From the NCBI GenBank assembly GCA_029907165.1, contig JARYMK010000001.1, forward strand, positions 6,661 through 70,660: DNA of 64,000 nt, read 5' to 3'. The notes under the pieces are model-generated. The model was given only the letters and a program-made list of their open reading frames with translations, made no database searches and had not been told where the DNA came from. Positions 18,980 to 34,348 of this stretch are shown here, piece by piece. The translations under genes were made by a program, and so were the position numbers. This DNA is from Anaerolineae bacterium (lineage in GTDB: Bacteria > Chloroflexota > Anaerolineae > DTLA01). The first letter of the stretch is position 1, and each line of letters starts with the position of its first letter.

Positions 18980-19504
18980 ATGGGAGATGGAGGTTTAGGC
19001 CGCCTTCGGGTGGCTGTTTTGCTCTCCGCACTCCTGCTGGTTTTCTTGACAGGCTGCACAAAATTTCAAATTGAGACTCGCCAACTGGACGTCTTCACCA
19101 CGACGGTCCAGGACGTTTCGGCTAGGCCACCCGAACACGACATCGCCGTGCTGGCCATTGACTTTGACCCGCCTTTGGACACCATCCGTTCGCTGGATGA
19201 TCTGAAGGCGGTCAGTCTGCTTGTGGCCGTGGAGAACACGGGCCTGGTCTCGGAACGCAATGTCGTCGTCCGTGCGGAGCTCCGCCTGGACAACCGCGAG
19301 CCTTCGCCAGCCCTTGTCCGCACTGCGACCGTGGAGCAACTGGCCCCAGGTGAGGTCAAGGTCATTCGCATGCAGGGCCTTTCCGAGATTCCCATTCGCA
19401 GCGAGTACTGGCTCAGGGTGAGGGCGACGCCTGTCCTGGGCGAGACTGACATTACCGACAATCAGCGCATCTACCGGCTGCAACTGACGAACCTAACTCG
19501 CTAG
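18980..19504 (+). CDS. Hypothetical lipoprotein.
   Basis: MGDGGLGRLRVAVLLSALLLVFLTGCTKF is a signal peptide with an LTGC lipobox. There is no recognizable catalytic motif. Confidence 0.55.
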   Translation: MGDGGLGRLRVAVLLSALLLVFLTGCTKFQIETRQLDVFTTTVQDVSARPPEHDIAVLAIDFDPPLDTIRSLDDLKAVSLLVAVENTGLVSERNVVVRAELRLDNREPSPALVRTATVEQLAPGEVKVIRMQGLSEIPIRSEYWLRVRATPVLGETDITDNQRIYRLQLTNLTR

Positions 19505-19540
19505 GCACCATTCTTGCACAAGGAAAAGTGTTTCAGTCAG

Positions 19541-19565
19541 AAAGGCACCGAAAGGTGCTTTTCTG
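19541..19565 (+). terminator. Small intrinsic terminator hairpin.
   Basis: GGCACC-GAAA-GGTGC is followed by TTTTCT. Confidence 0.55.
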
Positions 19566-19714
19566 CGTTATATATGGTGAGTTCACCGGAAACGGCCATA
19601 TTCACCATAGAGCGCACAGAGGCCGCAGAGGTTTCGCCTGGCTAGCGCTTCTCTGTGCTTTCTGTTCTGTGAGCCGCCTTCTCACGTGGGAAAATTGTGA
19701 CGTAGGGCGATCCG

Positions 19715-20452
19715 ATGGAGAAACGGAAATTCCAGACACCTTCCATAGGGCTTCTTCTGGTCGGCGTGGCGCTGGGCCTGCTCTTGGCGCTCCAGTGGCG
19801 ATCGGCGCCCACCGCGCGCCTGACGGATACCAGTTACGCCCGCGATCGCACTGCGCTCACCATCGCGCGACTGGAAACCGAACAGGATGCCCTGAAGGCG
19901 CAGGTCGCCGAACTGCGCCAGCAACTGGACGAGCGCCAGCGTCGCGGGCAGTCCACCGACATGCTGCAGGGCCTGGCCGAGGAACTGGCGCGGCAGAAGA
20001 TGCTGGCCGGCCTGGTCGCGCTGCACGGGCCGGGCGTTGAGGTCGTCCTGAACGACAGCAACCGGCAGGTCGTCCCTTCGGTGGTGAACCCCGAGTTGTA
20101 CCTGGTGCACGACTACGACCTGCGCGACGTGGTAAACTTGCTATGGGCAGCCGGAACCGAGGCGATGTCGGTCAACGGCGAGCGCATCGTGGCCAGCACG
20201 TCCATCTACTGCGTGGGTGCTACCATCATGGTCAACGACACGCGCCTGTCGCCGCCGTATGTGATCCACGCCATAGGCCCGTCCGAGCAGCAGGAAGCCC
20301 TGCTCAAGAATCCCAAGTTTCTCGCCGAACTGCGCAACCGCGTGAGCGCCTACGGTCTGACTTTCAGCGTGGCGCAAGTTGCCGACATTGAGGTACCCGC
20401 CTATCGCGGCGGGTTCGGAGCGCTGTATGCAAGTGTCTCAGTATCTCCGTAG
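19715..20452 (+). CDS. DUF881-family membrane-anchored protein (YlxW/YlxX-like).
   Basis: An N-terminal TM segment, a coiled-coil segment (LKAQVAELRQQLDERQRR) and the conserved C-terminal DUF881 core (HGPGVEVVLNDS…VNGERIV…IMVNDTRLSPPYVI) are present. Confidence 0.7.
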   Translation: MEKRKFQTPSIGLLLVGVALGLLLALQWRSAPTARLTDTSYARDRTALTIARLETEQDALKAQVAELRQQLDERQRRGQSTDMLQGLAEELARQKMLAGLVALHGPGVEVVLNDSNRQVVPSVVNPELYLVHDYDLRDVVNLLWAAGTEAMSVNGERIVASTSIYCVGATIMVNDTRLSPPYVIHAIGPSEQQEALLKNPKFLAELRNRVSAYGLTFSVAQVADIEVPAYRGGFGALYASVSVSP

Positions 20453-21131
20453 AATCGCACACGACCACTGGGTTGCACGCATACTGCTGGCGGCGCTGTT
20501 CGTGCTCATCGGCATGCTCATCTTCGCCCAGTTCCGCAGCGAGAGCGCCCTGCGAGCGGCGCGCGTCGCGGCGTCGGGAACCGATCGGGCGGCGCTCATC
20601 AGCGGGCTTGTGGACGCCAACCTTAAGTTGCGCGAAGAGGTGGACTCCCTGCAGGCCAAACTGGCCGAACTGGAGCAGCAGGGCGGCTCGTTGGTCGTCA
20701 TGGTGGAGGAACTCAACCGGCTCAAACTCATCACTGGCCTCAGCGAGGTATCGGGGCCTGGCATTACCCTCACGCTGAATAGCCCCGTGAGCGCCACCGA
20801 GTTGCAGGACATGGTCAACGAACTCAAGAACTCCGGCGCGAAAGCCATCGCCCTCAACGGCCAGCGGCTCATCGTATCCTCGGCTATCGTCGGCACCGAG
20901 GCGGGCATCGCCGTGGACGGAACCCTCATCACCCGGCCGTTCGTGTTCCAGGTGCTCGGCGACCCCGATACCCTGCGGGTGGCGCTGACGCGGAAGGGCG
21001 GGATGCTCGCCTCGCTCCAGGCCGCCCATCCCGGATTCCAGGCCGACATCACCGTCGCCCCGTCCGTGGTGATCCCCATTTACGCCCGGAAGATTGAGTT
21101 CCGCTACGCGCAGCCGGTGGCTGTTCAGTGA
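20427..21131 (+). CDS. DUF881-family protein, tandem paralog of the previous gene.
   Basis: The architecture is the same (TM, coiled coil, SGPGITLTLNS…LNGQRLIVSSAIV…IAVDGTLITRPFVF). It overlaps the upstream paralog by 26 nt. Confidence 0.7.
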   Translation: MQVSQYLRRIAHDHWVARILLAALFVLIGMLIFAQFRSESALRAARVAASGTDRAALISGLVDANLKLREEVDSLQAKLAELEQQGGSLVVMVEELNRLKLITGLSEVSGPGITLTLNSPVSATELQDMVNELKNSGAKAIALNGQRLIVSSAIVGTEAGIAVDGTLITRPFVFQVLGDPDTLRVALTRKGGMLASLQAAHPGFQADITVAPSVVIPIYARKIEFRYAQPVAVQ

Positions 21132-21320
21132 TGCACGGGCCCGGCGAATGCGCTGCGACAACCACTGGCTGTCATTGCGCGGGCACGAAGTGCCCCAAGC
21201 AAACGCTGTGTAGTTGTCCAAGAACCCGGCTGCGCTGGGAACCCACCGCGCCCCGCAAGCGTCTACTACATGAAGTGTCGCGCGCTTCGGCGCGTTTTCG
21301 CTCGCTCAGGAGGCTTCCGT

Positions 21321-27176
<5,856 letters not shown>

Positions 27177-27285
27177 GCATAGAGAGCAGCCCTTGCGGTT
27201 GCCCCTTGCGCATTCATGACCTGCGAATGAGCGTGAAACTCGGCAGTGTCTTTCGTCTCCTTGCGTGGCGTGCATGATACAGATG

Positions 27286-27332
27286 CCCCTCACCCTAACC
27301 CTCTCCCGCCGGGAGAGGGCCGGGGTGAGGGG
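27286..27332. repeat. REP-like GC-rich nested palindrome between convergent genes.
   Basis: CCCCTCACCCTAACCCTCTCCCG / CGGGAGAGGGCCGGGGTGAGGGG. In frame it translates to the spurious 'PLTLTLSRRERAGVRG' / 'PHPGPLPAGEG' peptides typical of such elements. Confidence 0.6.
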
Positions 27333-27888
27333 TGGCCTGCGCCTGGCGGCGCTTGTCGCACTCCCACTCGTACCGCGTCAGATCAACCCGCAGAAACTCG
27401 CGATTGTACAGCAGGCAGCAGATGCGAAACCCGGCCGAGATGAGCGTGCGCTTGGCACGCTCGTTCGTCAGTTCCACCAGACCGAACAGCGAGTCTATGC
27501 TGGTCGTCTCAAACACCAGGTCTATGAACGCGCGGGTCGCGGCGGTTCCGTAACCCTTGCCCCACGATGACCGGTCGCCGATTTTGATGCCGTACTCGGC
27601 CTCGCGGAAATCCGGGTCAATGTACGCCACGCACAGGCCGATGAGTTTGCCCGTCTCCTTGACGACGATACCCGCGGCAATGCGCCTGGGGTTCGGGCGG
27701 ACGTACTTCTCCACGAAGAAGCGGCGGAACTCCTCGGGGTCGCGCGGGCCCAGCGGCGCCCCGCTCAACCCCTGCACGATGGGGTCACGCCACCAGTCGT
27801 AGGCGATGTCCGCATCCTCTTCGGTGAGGGGGCGCAGATAGACGGGCGACTCCTCCTCGCCCTGCGCGCGATTGGCCTCACTCGTCAC
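27295..27888 (-). CDS. GNAT-family N-acetyltransferase.
   Basis: The Acetyltransf fold motifs (…AYIDPDFREAEYGIKIGD…WGKGYGTAATRAFIDL…) are present. The 3' end runs into the REP-like palindrome. Confidence 0.7.
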   Translation of the reverse strand: MTSEANRAQGEEESPVYLRPLTEEDADIAYDWWRDPIVQGLSGAPLGPRDPEEFRRFFVEKYVRPNPRRIAAGIVVKETGKLIGLCVAYIDPDFREAEYGIKIGDRSSWGKGYGTAATRAFIDLVFETTSIDSLFGLVELTNERAKRTLISAGFRICCLLYNREFLRVDLTRYEWECDKRRQAQATPHPGPLPAGEG

Positions 27889-28669
27889 CGGTTTTCCCCT
27901 CGGGTGGCATGTTCCGCTCGCTCAGCAGGCGGACCCCGTCCAGTGTGAGCCATGGGTCCACGGCGTCCACGCACTTGAGCAGCGGGGCCAGCACCTGCAC
28001 CAGGCCGCCGGTGGCCACCACCTTGGCTTGGCCTCCCAGTTCGTGCCGCATCCGTGCGACCAGACCCTCCACCAGGCCCACGTAGCCGAAGATCAGGCCG
28101 GACTGCATGGAGTGGACGGTGTTCTTGCCGATGGCGGCGGGCGGCGGCACCAGGTTGATGCGTGGCAGTTGGGCCGTGCGCCCGGCCAGGGTGTCGGCGG
28201 CAGGCCCCAGCCCCAGCGCGATGGCGACGCCCAGGAAGTCGCCGTTGTCCGCCACGGCGCTGAGTGTCGTCGCCGTGCCAAAGTCAATGGCGATGCAGGC
28301 CGAGCGGAAGCGATGGTACGCGGCCACCGCATCGCAGAGCAGGTCCGCGCCCAGTTCGGCCGGGTTGTCAATCCGAATCCGCATGCCGGTCTTGATGCCC
28401 GGCCCGATGATGAGGGACGCGAAGCCGAAGTAGGTTTCGCACAACTCCACCAGCGCGCCCGTAACCGGCGGGACCACGCTGGAAATCGTTACCCGCCGCA
28501 CGTCGCGGAACGAGTACCCGCGGTCGTTCAGGAGCGCCTTCCACAGCATGGCGTATTCGTCGGGCATTCGGTCGTGGACAGTGCGGACTCGCCACCGCGC
28601 GACCCATTCGCCGTCCTTGTACAGCCCACCGACGGTGTTCGTGTTGCCCACGTTCACGCACAGAAGCAT
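27878..28669 (-). CDS. coaX: Type III pantothenate kinase.
   Basis: MLLCVNVGNTNTVGGLY… and …IAIDFGTATT… are the CoaX/Bvg accessory factor family motifs. Confidence 0.8.
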   Translation of the reverse strand: MLLCVNVGNTNTVGGLYKDGEWVARWRVRTVHDRMPDEYAMLWKALLNDRGYSFRDVRRVTISSVVPPVTGALVELCETYFGFASLIIGPGIKTGMRIRIDNPAELGADLLCDAVAAYHRFRSACIAIDFGTATTLSAVADNGDFLGVAIALGLGPAADTLAGRTAQLPRINLVPPPAAIGKNTVHSMQSGLIFGYVGLVEGLVARMRHELGGQAKVVATGGLVQVLAPLLKCVDAVDPWLTLDGVRLLSERNMPPEGKTGDE

Positions 28670-28700
28670 CGGTCTCCTCCTCAATCCAGGGATGATTGCG

Positions 28701-31007
28701 TTACTCGTCTCGGACGAAGTCCACTTCCACCAGCGCCCGCTCCTTCAAGCGGAAGCGCACGGCGACAAGCCCCGATGCCAGCACGCGGAAGGGCCATTTG
28801 CGCCCGTCCACGCGCACCTCGCTGGCCCGCCAGGGTGCCGGAGCGGTGAACACCAACTGTCCGCGCTGCGCCCCCGCCTTCTCCAGGGCAACGCGAAGCG
28901 TCTGCCCATTCGGGCCGTGGACGAGTCGCTGGATGCCTGAAATCTCCGCCGCGCCCTGGGTTACGTGGAAGGTGGACGTCAGCAGGTCAGGCTGGTTGGC
29001 GATGGGGCGCAGGCACAGCACGATGCTCTCGTGGGGCTGGTGGCGGCGGAACGACAGTTTGTCGGAGCGCGTGCCCACGTAGCGCTGTCGCCAGAAGTTG
29101 TACACGTGGTATTCGCCTTCGGGAAGCCCCAGGTCGCGCAGAGTTACCTCGGTCTTGGTCGTCCTGTCGCGCCAGTTCATGAGCGAAACGACCCACCATC
29201 GGCCCCAGGGCTTGTCCACGGCGAGCACGTGGAAACGCGGGTTCTCGCTGCGGAACAAGTCCACGGGCCGCGCCGCCAGGCCCGAAGGCGGGAGCGCCAT
29301 CCGAAGGTATTTCAGCCGCCCAGGGCGGATGGTGGGCAGGTTGTCGCTGTCCAGCGTGAGGCCGCCCGACAGCGCGATGCACGTAACCAGCGTCCGCATC
29401 TCGTTGAGCACCAGGTCCGACTGGTCGCCGCGCATGCGCACCAGCACGCAGTCGCCGTCGTTGAGCCACCAGCGGCGGTGCATGAAGTAGCGGGTGGCGG
29501 TGTTGCGCACGGCATTGGCCCCCGCCGGTGCGCTGAGATCGGCCCAGATGGGATCCCAGTTGAAAGCAACGTCGGGACCGATGCGCATGGCGTCCACCAC
29601 GCCTACGCTGGGCAGTTGGGGCGCGCCGCAGCCCAACAGGAACCGCTCGCCGATGACCTCGCGGATGCGCTCAATGCCGCGCCGGTAGGCTTCGGCGCGG
29701 GTAACCGTGGGGTCGTGGCGGATGCCCTCCATCGCCGCGGCGAACACGAAGTCAATCTTGAACAGGTCGTAGCCCCACTCCTGGCTCATGACGCGGAACA
29801 CATGGGCGATCCAGTCCAGCACGTCGGCGCGGGTCAGGTCCAGCGCGTAGATGTCCGTGCCCCAGTGCTGCCAGGCCACCACCGGCGAGCCATCCTCGCG
29901 CTTGAGCGTCCAGTCGGGGTGCTCTGCGTAGGCCGCCGACTCGCTGCTGATGCCGAACGGGGCCAGCCAGATGCCCGGGCGAAGCCCTGCGGTGCGGATG
30001 CCGTCGGCCACAGCCTTCATCCCCTGGGGGAACTTGGTCGCGTCAATCCGCAGCCAGTCGCCGATGGCCTGCTGGTAGCCGTCGTCTATGAGAACATAGT
30101 CCAGGGGCAGGTGATGCTTGCGAATCTGGGCGGCATTGGCCAGCACGTCCTCCGCCGAGTTTTCGCCATAGAAGTAGTACCACGTGCACCATCCGGTGGG
30201 GATATGGGCGGGGACGCGCGGGTTCATCCGCGCCGCGACGCGGTCGGCGTAGTGCTCCAGAAGGCCCAGCGGGTCGTCCGAGAAGGCCACCAGCAGCGGC
30301 TCCGACAGGAACCGCTCGCCGGGCTTCAGGATCACTCCGTCGGCGTAGCACGTAGCCGCGAGCCGCCGGAACGCGCGCCCGTCTAGATACAGCGCCACGT
30401 CCGCGAGGGCATGGCGGCCGTCTGTGAACCCCAGCAGCGCGGAGAGTCCGCCGTCTCGGTCGTGCAGCACCGCGAACCACTCGCTTTGGAAGTCTTCGGT
30501 ACCCGAGCCCGGGTGGGGGGTGTGCTTGCGGTCGTATTCCTCGCCGCCTGGGTTGACGTAGATTCCGTCGCCAATGTGGCGGGCAAAGGTGGGCGACCAG
30601 GATTGCCACCCGTGCTTGTAGAACGACCACCGGTGCGGGCCTGCGCCCAGGCTCACCACGCCGTTGGCCTCCCTCCGCACGTCCAGCACGGCCAGGCGGT
30701 CCAGGTTCACGGGCGCGGAGCCGATGTTCTGCACCTCCAGGACGAGTTCCAGGTCAGCGCCCAGGTGGATGTACCATTGCAACCGAATGTGCCCATCGCT
30801 GCGCTCCCAGCGGATGAATTCGGGCTTCACTTCCAGCGACGCGCTCGGCCCAGCGATGGCCAGAGCGCGTCGCTCGCCACCCGCGCGATACTCCACGCCG
30901 GCGCTGGCCTCTTGAATCACAGGCGCGGCCTGGAAGACGAAAGTTGCCGTGCCCCGTGCCCCGTGGAGAATCAACTGGTCGCGGATGTACGTATCGTCAG
31001 GGTTCAT
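28701..31007 (-). CDS. Glycoside hydrolase family 36-like alpha-galactosidase.
   Basis: WCTWYYFYGENS…LIDDGYQ…DLFKIDFV are GH36/GH27 catalytic-core motifs. The protein is ~768 aa. Confidence 0.75.
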   Translation of the reverse strand: MNPDDTYIRDQLILHGARGTATFVFQAAPVIQEASAGVEYRAGGERRALAIAGPSASLEVKPEFIRWERSDGHIRLQWYIHLGADLELVLEVQNIGSAPVNLDRLAVLDVRREANGVVSLGAGPHRWSFYKHGWQSWSPTFARHIGDGIYVNPGGEEYDRKHTPHPGSGTEDFQSEWFAVLHDRDGGLSALLGFTDGRHALADVALYLDGRAFRRLAATCYADGVILKPGERFLSEPLLVAFSDDPLGLLEHYADRVAARMNPRVPAHIPTGWCTWYYFYGENSAEDVLANAAQIRKHHLPLDYVLIDDGYQQAIGDWLRIDATKFPQGMKAVADGIRTAGLRPGIWLAPFGISSESAAYAEHPDWTLKREDGSPVVAWQHWGTDIYALDLTRADVLDWIAHVFRVMSQEWGYDLFKIDFVFAAAMEGIRHDPTVTRAEAYRRGIERIREVIGERFLLGCGAPQLPSVGVVDAMRIGPDVAFNWDPIWADLSAPAGANAVRNTATRYFMHRRWWLNDGDCVLVRMRGDQSDLVLNEMRTLVTCIALSGGLTLDSDNLPTIRPGRLKYLRMALPPSGLAARPVDLFRSENPRFHVLAVDKPWGRWWVVSLMNWRDRTTKTEVTLRDLGLPEGEYHVYNFWRQRYVGTRSDKLSFRRHQPHESIVLCLRPIANQPDLLTSTFHVTQGAAEISGIQRLVHGPNGQTLRVALEKAGAQRGQLVFTAPAPWRASEVRVDGRKWPFRVLASGLVAVRFRLKERALVEVDFVRDE

Positions 31008-31641
31008 CGTATCCTCCTGCGTTCTCTGGCGGGTGCGCCACGCCCCGCACCAGCGGCACGAATACCACGCCGGCCACCTCGCGCTGTTCTACATCATCGC
31101 CGCGCTTGCGCACGAGCATCAGCCGCTGCGACCACCCGGACTCGCCCACGGGGATCACCAGTCGCCCCCCGTCGGCCAATTGCGCCACGAGGGGCGGGGG
31201 TATCTCTTCCGCCGCGCACGTTACGATGATGGCCTCGTAGGGGGCATGTTCCGGCCAGCCCTCGTACCCGTCGCCGATGCGGATGTGCACGTTGTGGTAA
31301 CCCAGTTCGCGCAGGCGCTGGCGGGCCTTCTCGGCCAGTTGCGGGATGCGCTCCACGGTGTACACCTCGCGGGCCAGTAGCGCAAGGATGGCCGCCTGGT
31401 ACCCGGACCCCGCGCCGACTTCCAGCACCTTCTCGTGGCCCTTCAGTTCCAGCAACTGCGTCATCAGCGCGACAATGTACGGCTGGGAGATAGTCTGGCC
31501 GTAGCCGATGGGCAGCGGATGATCGCCGTAGGCGTCTTCGGCGTACTCGGCTGGCACGAACCGCTCACGCGGCACGGCTTCCATCGCCGCCAGAACCCGC
31601 GGGTCCGAGATTTCTCGCAGCACGAGTTTCCGCTTGCCCAT
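30997..31641 (-). CDS. pcm: Protein-L-isoaspartate O-methyltransferase.
   Basis: GYGQTISQPYIVALM…VLEVGAGSGYQAA is the PIMT signature. Confidence 0.85.
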   Translation of the reverse strand: MGKRKLVLREISDPRVLAAMEAVPRERFVPAEYAEDAYGDHPLPIGYGQTISQPYIVALMTQLLELKGHEKVLEVGAGSGYQAAILALLAREVYTVERIPQLAEKARQRLRELGYHNVHIRIGDGYEGWPEHAPYEAIIVTCAAEEIPPPLVAQLADGGRLVIPVGESGWSQRLMLVRKRGDDVEQREVAGVVFVPLVRGVAHPPENAGGYDEP

Positions 31642-31655
31642 GCGCCCCCCTCGCC

Positions 31656-32564
31656 CTAGCCGCGCCCGAGCAGGTCGAGCAGCAGCGGCTCCAGACGGAC
31701 GTACAGGTACGCCGCCAGTTTCCGGTAACCGCTCGCGCTCAGGTGCACACCGTCTTCCAGCCAGTCGCCCGCCTCAAGGCGGAGTTCCCCGTACACGTCC
31801 AGTACATGCACGCGTTCCTCACGCGCAACCGCCCGCACGCGGGCGTTGTAGTCGTCGCACGATTGCCGCAACTCCAGGCGCGATGCGTCGTCCACGTCGG
31901 GCCGGAAGTCCGGCGCCAGCGGCGTGGTGGTCAGGAGCACAGCCTGCGCTCCCGCTTTGCGCGCCCGTTTGCACATCCGGCCCAGCGCCTGGGCGAAGAC
32001 CGGCCCGGACACGCGCGGCTCCCACCGCTTGCCTTCCCAAGCCGCGTATTGCGCCTGCCATCTGCGCCAGCGCCGCTCCACCCCGACAAACAGCCGCGAG
32101 TGGCGCAGCACCCGAATCCACTTGGGTGCGGTGAAGGCGTCCTCCAGCCGTGCGTCGGAGTAAGACCGCGCCAGGTTGGCATCGTTCAGGCCGAATCCAA
32201 GGACCACGACCTGCGGTCGGAAGGTCCGCACAAGCAGAGGCAACAACTGCACGCCGTGCATCGTCGTCAGTCCGTTCGTGCCGCCGTTGACGAACTCAAC
32301 GCGGACATCCGGATGAGCGGCCTGCCACATGCCGCCCAGCAGGGCGGGGTAGGCCTGGTCGGGGGCCACGTCGTGCCCGTACACGATGGAATCTCCGACA
32401 AACAGCACGCGCACCGGGGCCGCCGCCTGGGCCGCTGCCAACGTCTCGCGGCGCAGCGCGAAGTCCGCCAGCGTCGGCCAGGGCCGCGACAGCAGCCTTG
32501 CTGCGCCTTCCATCGCCAGGAGGCCCACAATGGTCGCCCCTGCCCAGATGCACACCCGCTTCAT
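31656..32564 (-). CDS. SGNH/GDSL-family hydrolase (lipase/esterase-like), secreted.
   Basis: A signal peptide is present. Block I is VLFVGDSIVYG (GDS motif), Block III is GGTNG, and the C-terminus carries DGVHLSASG (DxxH). Confidence 0.7.
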   Translation of the reverse strand: MKRVCIWAGATIVGLLAMEGAARLLSRPWPTLADFALRRETLAAAQAAAPVRVLFVGDSIVYGHDVAPDQAYPALLGGMWQAAHPDVRVEFVNGGTNGLTTMHGVQLLPLLVRTFRPQVVVLGFGLNDANLARSYSDARLEDAFTAPKWIRVLRHSRLFVGVERRWRRWQAQYAAWEGKRWEPRVSGPVFAQALGRMCKRARKAGAQAVLLTTTPLAPDFRPDVDDASRLELRQSCDDYNARVRAVAREERVHVLDVYGELRLEAGDWLEDGVHLSASGYRKLAAYLYVRLEPLLLDLLGRG

Positions 32565-32716
32565 GCGCCCATTCTAGCACGTCGGCGTGCCTTGCGCAAG
32601 GTTCTGTGATATAATCAGGATGAAAGCGGTCGCACCGCAGAGGCGCAAAGGGCGCGGGGAGACAACCGTTTGTATCTCTGCGTTCTCTGCGGTGAAGATT
32701 CGGAAGCCTGGAGTAT

Positions 32717-32956
32717 GTGGAGATGCCTGTAGATTCCGAGTTGTTGGACATTCTCGTTTGCCCGCATTGCCGGACCAAGGTGCAGTTGCACGGCGACGCG
32801 TGGCTGATATGCCCCAACCCTGAGTGCCGCCGCAAGTACCCGATTGTGGACGACATTCCCGTCATGATGATTGAAGAGGGGGACAAGTACATTGACACAC
32901 CGCCCGAGCAACTGGACATCACCAAAGTATCGCTGGACACGGTGGGCAAGCCCTAG
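32717..32956 (+). CDS. Trm112-like small zinc-ribbon protein (UPF0434/DUF343 family).
   Basis: LLDILVCPHCRTKV…LICPNPECRRKYPIVDDIPVMMIEE is the hallmark of Trm112p-like proteins. Confidence 0.75.
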   Translation: MEMPVDSELLDILVCPHCRTKVQLHGDAWLICPNPECRRKYPIVDDIPVMMIEEGDKYIDTPPEQLDITKVSLDTVGKP

Positions 32957-34175
32957 AAGGGCCAGCCTGTTCGCCGTCGTCCTGCTGCTGTTCGCCCTCG
33001 CGCTGGCGGCTCCCGTTCATGCGCAGGAGCCGTGGCCCGGCAGCCGACCGAGCGCGAAGGCGGAATTCGGCGCGGGCATCACGTTCGCGCTGCAAGCGCA
33101 GGCGGCCTCGCCCGTGCAGGCGCTGTACCTGTTCTACCAACTGGAAGGCGAGCGCGCCCGCAACCGCGTCAACCTAGAAGACACCGGCACGCGCATCAAT
33201 GCCGAGTGGACGTGGGAACTGGAGCCGGGGACCATCCCCCCTGGACGGGCCATCTCCTATTGGTGGCGGGCCGAACTGGCCGACGGGCGAACCCTGGAGA
33301 CCGAACGCGCCACGGTAACCTACGACGACACCCGCTTCACGTGGAAGCAGCGGCAAGAGGGCAACCTCATCCTCTACTGGTACGGCGATAGCCAACGCGA
33401 GGCCGACAAGATCATGACGGCTGCGCAGTCGGCTCTCCAGCGCCTGCAGGCCGGTACAGGCGTGGAACTCCATAAGCCCATCCGCATCTTCTTGTACCGC
33501 AGCAAGTCGGACATGCGGCTCGCCATCCCGTCGCGCAGCGAGGGATACGACATCGCGACGATCACCCTAGGCATGGCGATGGGCGGGGATACCATCGTCA
33601 TCCTGTCCACGGCTGCCGACGCCGACCGCACCATCGCCCACGAGTTGAGCCACATCGTCATCGGAGCGTTCACCGAGAACCCGCTGGGCGGCCTGCCCAC
33701 CTGGCTGGACGAGGGCCTGGCCATGTACGCCGAGGGAGACCTGCGCGGCGAGAACCAGGCCGACCTGGACCGGGCCATCCGCGCCAACACGCTCATCTCG
33801 GTGCGTTCGCTTTCTGCCTACACGGGCGACCCCTCGCAGGTGGATTTGTTCTACGGCGAGTGCTACTCAGTCGTCAAGTTCCTGATAGACACCTACGGCG
33901 CGGACAAGATGGACGCGCTCCTGAAGACGTTTAAGAGGGGCGTGTACCAAGAGGATGCCCTGCGGGAGGTGTACGGGTTCGGGATAGACGAACTGGACGC
34001 GCGCTGGCGGGAAGCCATCGGCGCGCCGCCGCAGCCGACGCCGGCCCCCACCGCGCCGCCCGTTTTGCCGACCCCGCGCCCGCAGGAGGAGCCGTCGTCC
34101 ACGCCGATATGCTCGTCGGGGGCGCTGATTCTGGCGGCACTGGGCGTGCTCGTGTGGCGCAGGGTCAGCGGGTAA
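32871..34175 (+). CDS. Putative secreted zinc metalloprotease (HExxH) with a C-terminal Thr/Pro-rich linker and a TM/basic-tail anchor.
   Basis: HELSHIVIG…WLDEGLAMYAEGD is a peptidase MA-like motif. The N-terminal signal …SPRRASLFAVVLLLFALALAAPVHA has a weakly Tat-like RR. The C-terminus is PTPAPTAPPVLPTPRPQEEPSSTPICSSGALILAALGVLVWRRVSG. The start codon is uncertain: a TTG at 32871 overlaps the upstream gene. Confidence 0.55.
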   Translation: MKRGTSTLTHRPSNWTSPKYRWTRWASPRRASLFAVVLLLFALALAAPVHAQEPWPGSRPSAKAEFGAGITFALQAQAASPVQALYLFYQLEGERARNRVNLEDTGTRINAEWTWELEPGTIPPGRAISYWWRAELADGRTLETERATVTYDDTRFTWKQRQEGNLILYWYGDSQREADKIMTAAQSALQRLQAGTGVELHKPIRIFLYRSKSDMRLAIPSRSEGYDIATITLGMAMGGDTIVILSTAADADRTIAHELSHIVIGAFTENPLGGLPTWLDEGLAMYAEGDLRGENQADLDRAIRANTLISVRSLSAYTGDPSQVDLFYGECYSVVKFLIDTYGADKMDALLKTFKRGVYQEDALREVYGFGIDELDARWREAIGAPPQPTPAPTAPPVLPTPRPQEEPSSTPICSSGALILAALGVLVWRRVSG

Positions 34176-34241
34176 CTTGACGGCAACCGCGCACGACTGC
34201 GAGTCTCTGGTGGACTGTCATTACGAAGGCGCTGCGCGCCC

Positions 34242-34274
34242 GAAGCAATCCCGCCGCACACCTGGGATTGCTTC
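34242..34274. terminator. Candidate bidirectional terminator hairpin between convergent genes.
   Basis: The perfect 11-bp stem GAAGCAATCCC…GGGATTGCTTC has an 11-nt loop. No clear U-tract follows. Confidence 0.4.
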
Positions 34275-34348
34275 GCTTCGCTCACAATGACGACGGACGA
34301 TCTTCTCTGTGGTTCAGTACTACGCCACCCTATTCGTGCAGATTCGCG

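Noticed and set aside
27265-27570. ORF beginning 'MACMIQMPLTLTLSRRERAGVRGG'.
   Set aside because: It is the translation of the REP-like palindrome and lies antisense to the GNAT gene. It is not a real gene.
32871-32956. 86-nt overlap between the Trm112-like gene and the TTG start of the metalloprotease ORF.
   Set aside because: This is probably an over-extended ORF. The real start of the metalloprotease is uncertain because no in-frame ATG or GTG precedes the signal peptide. It was kept as a feature with reduced confidence rather than reported as a programmed overlap.
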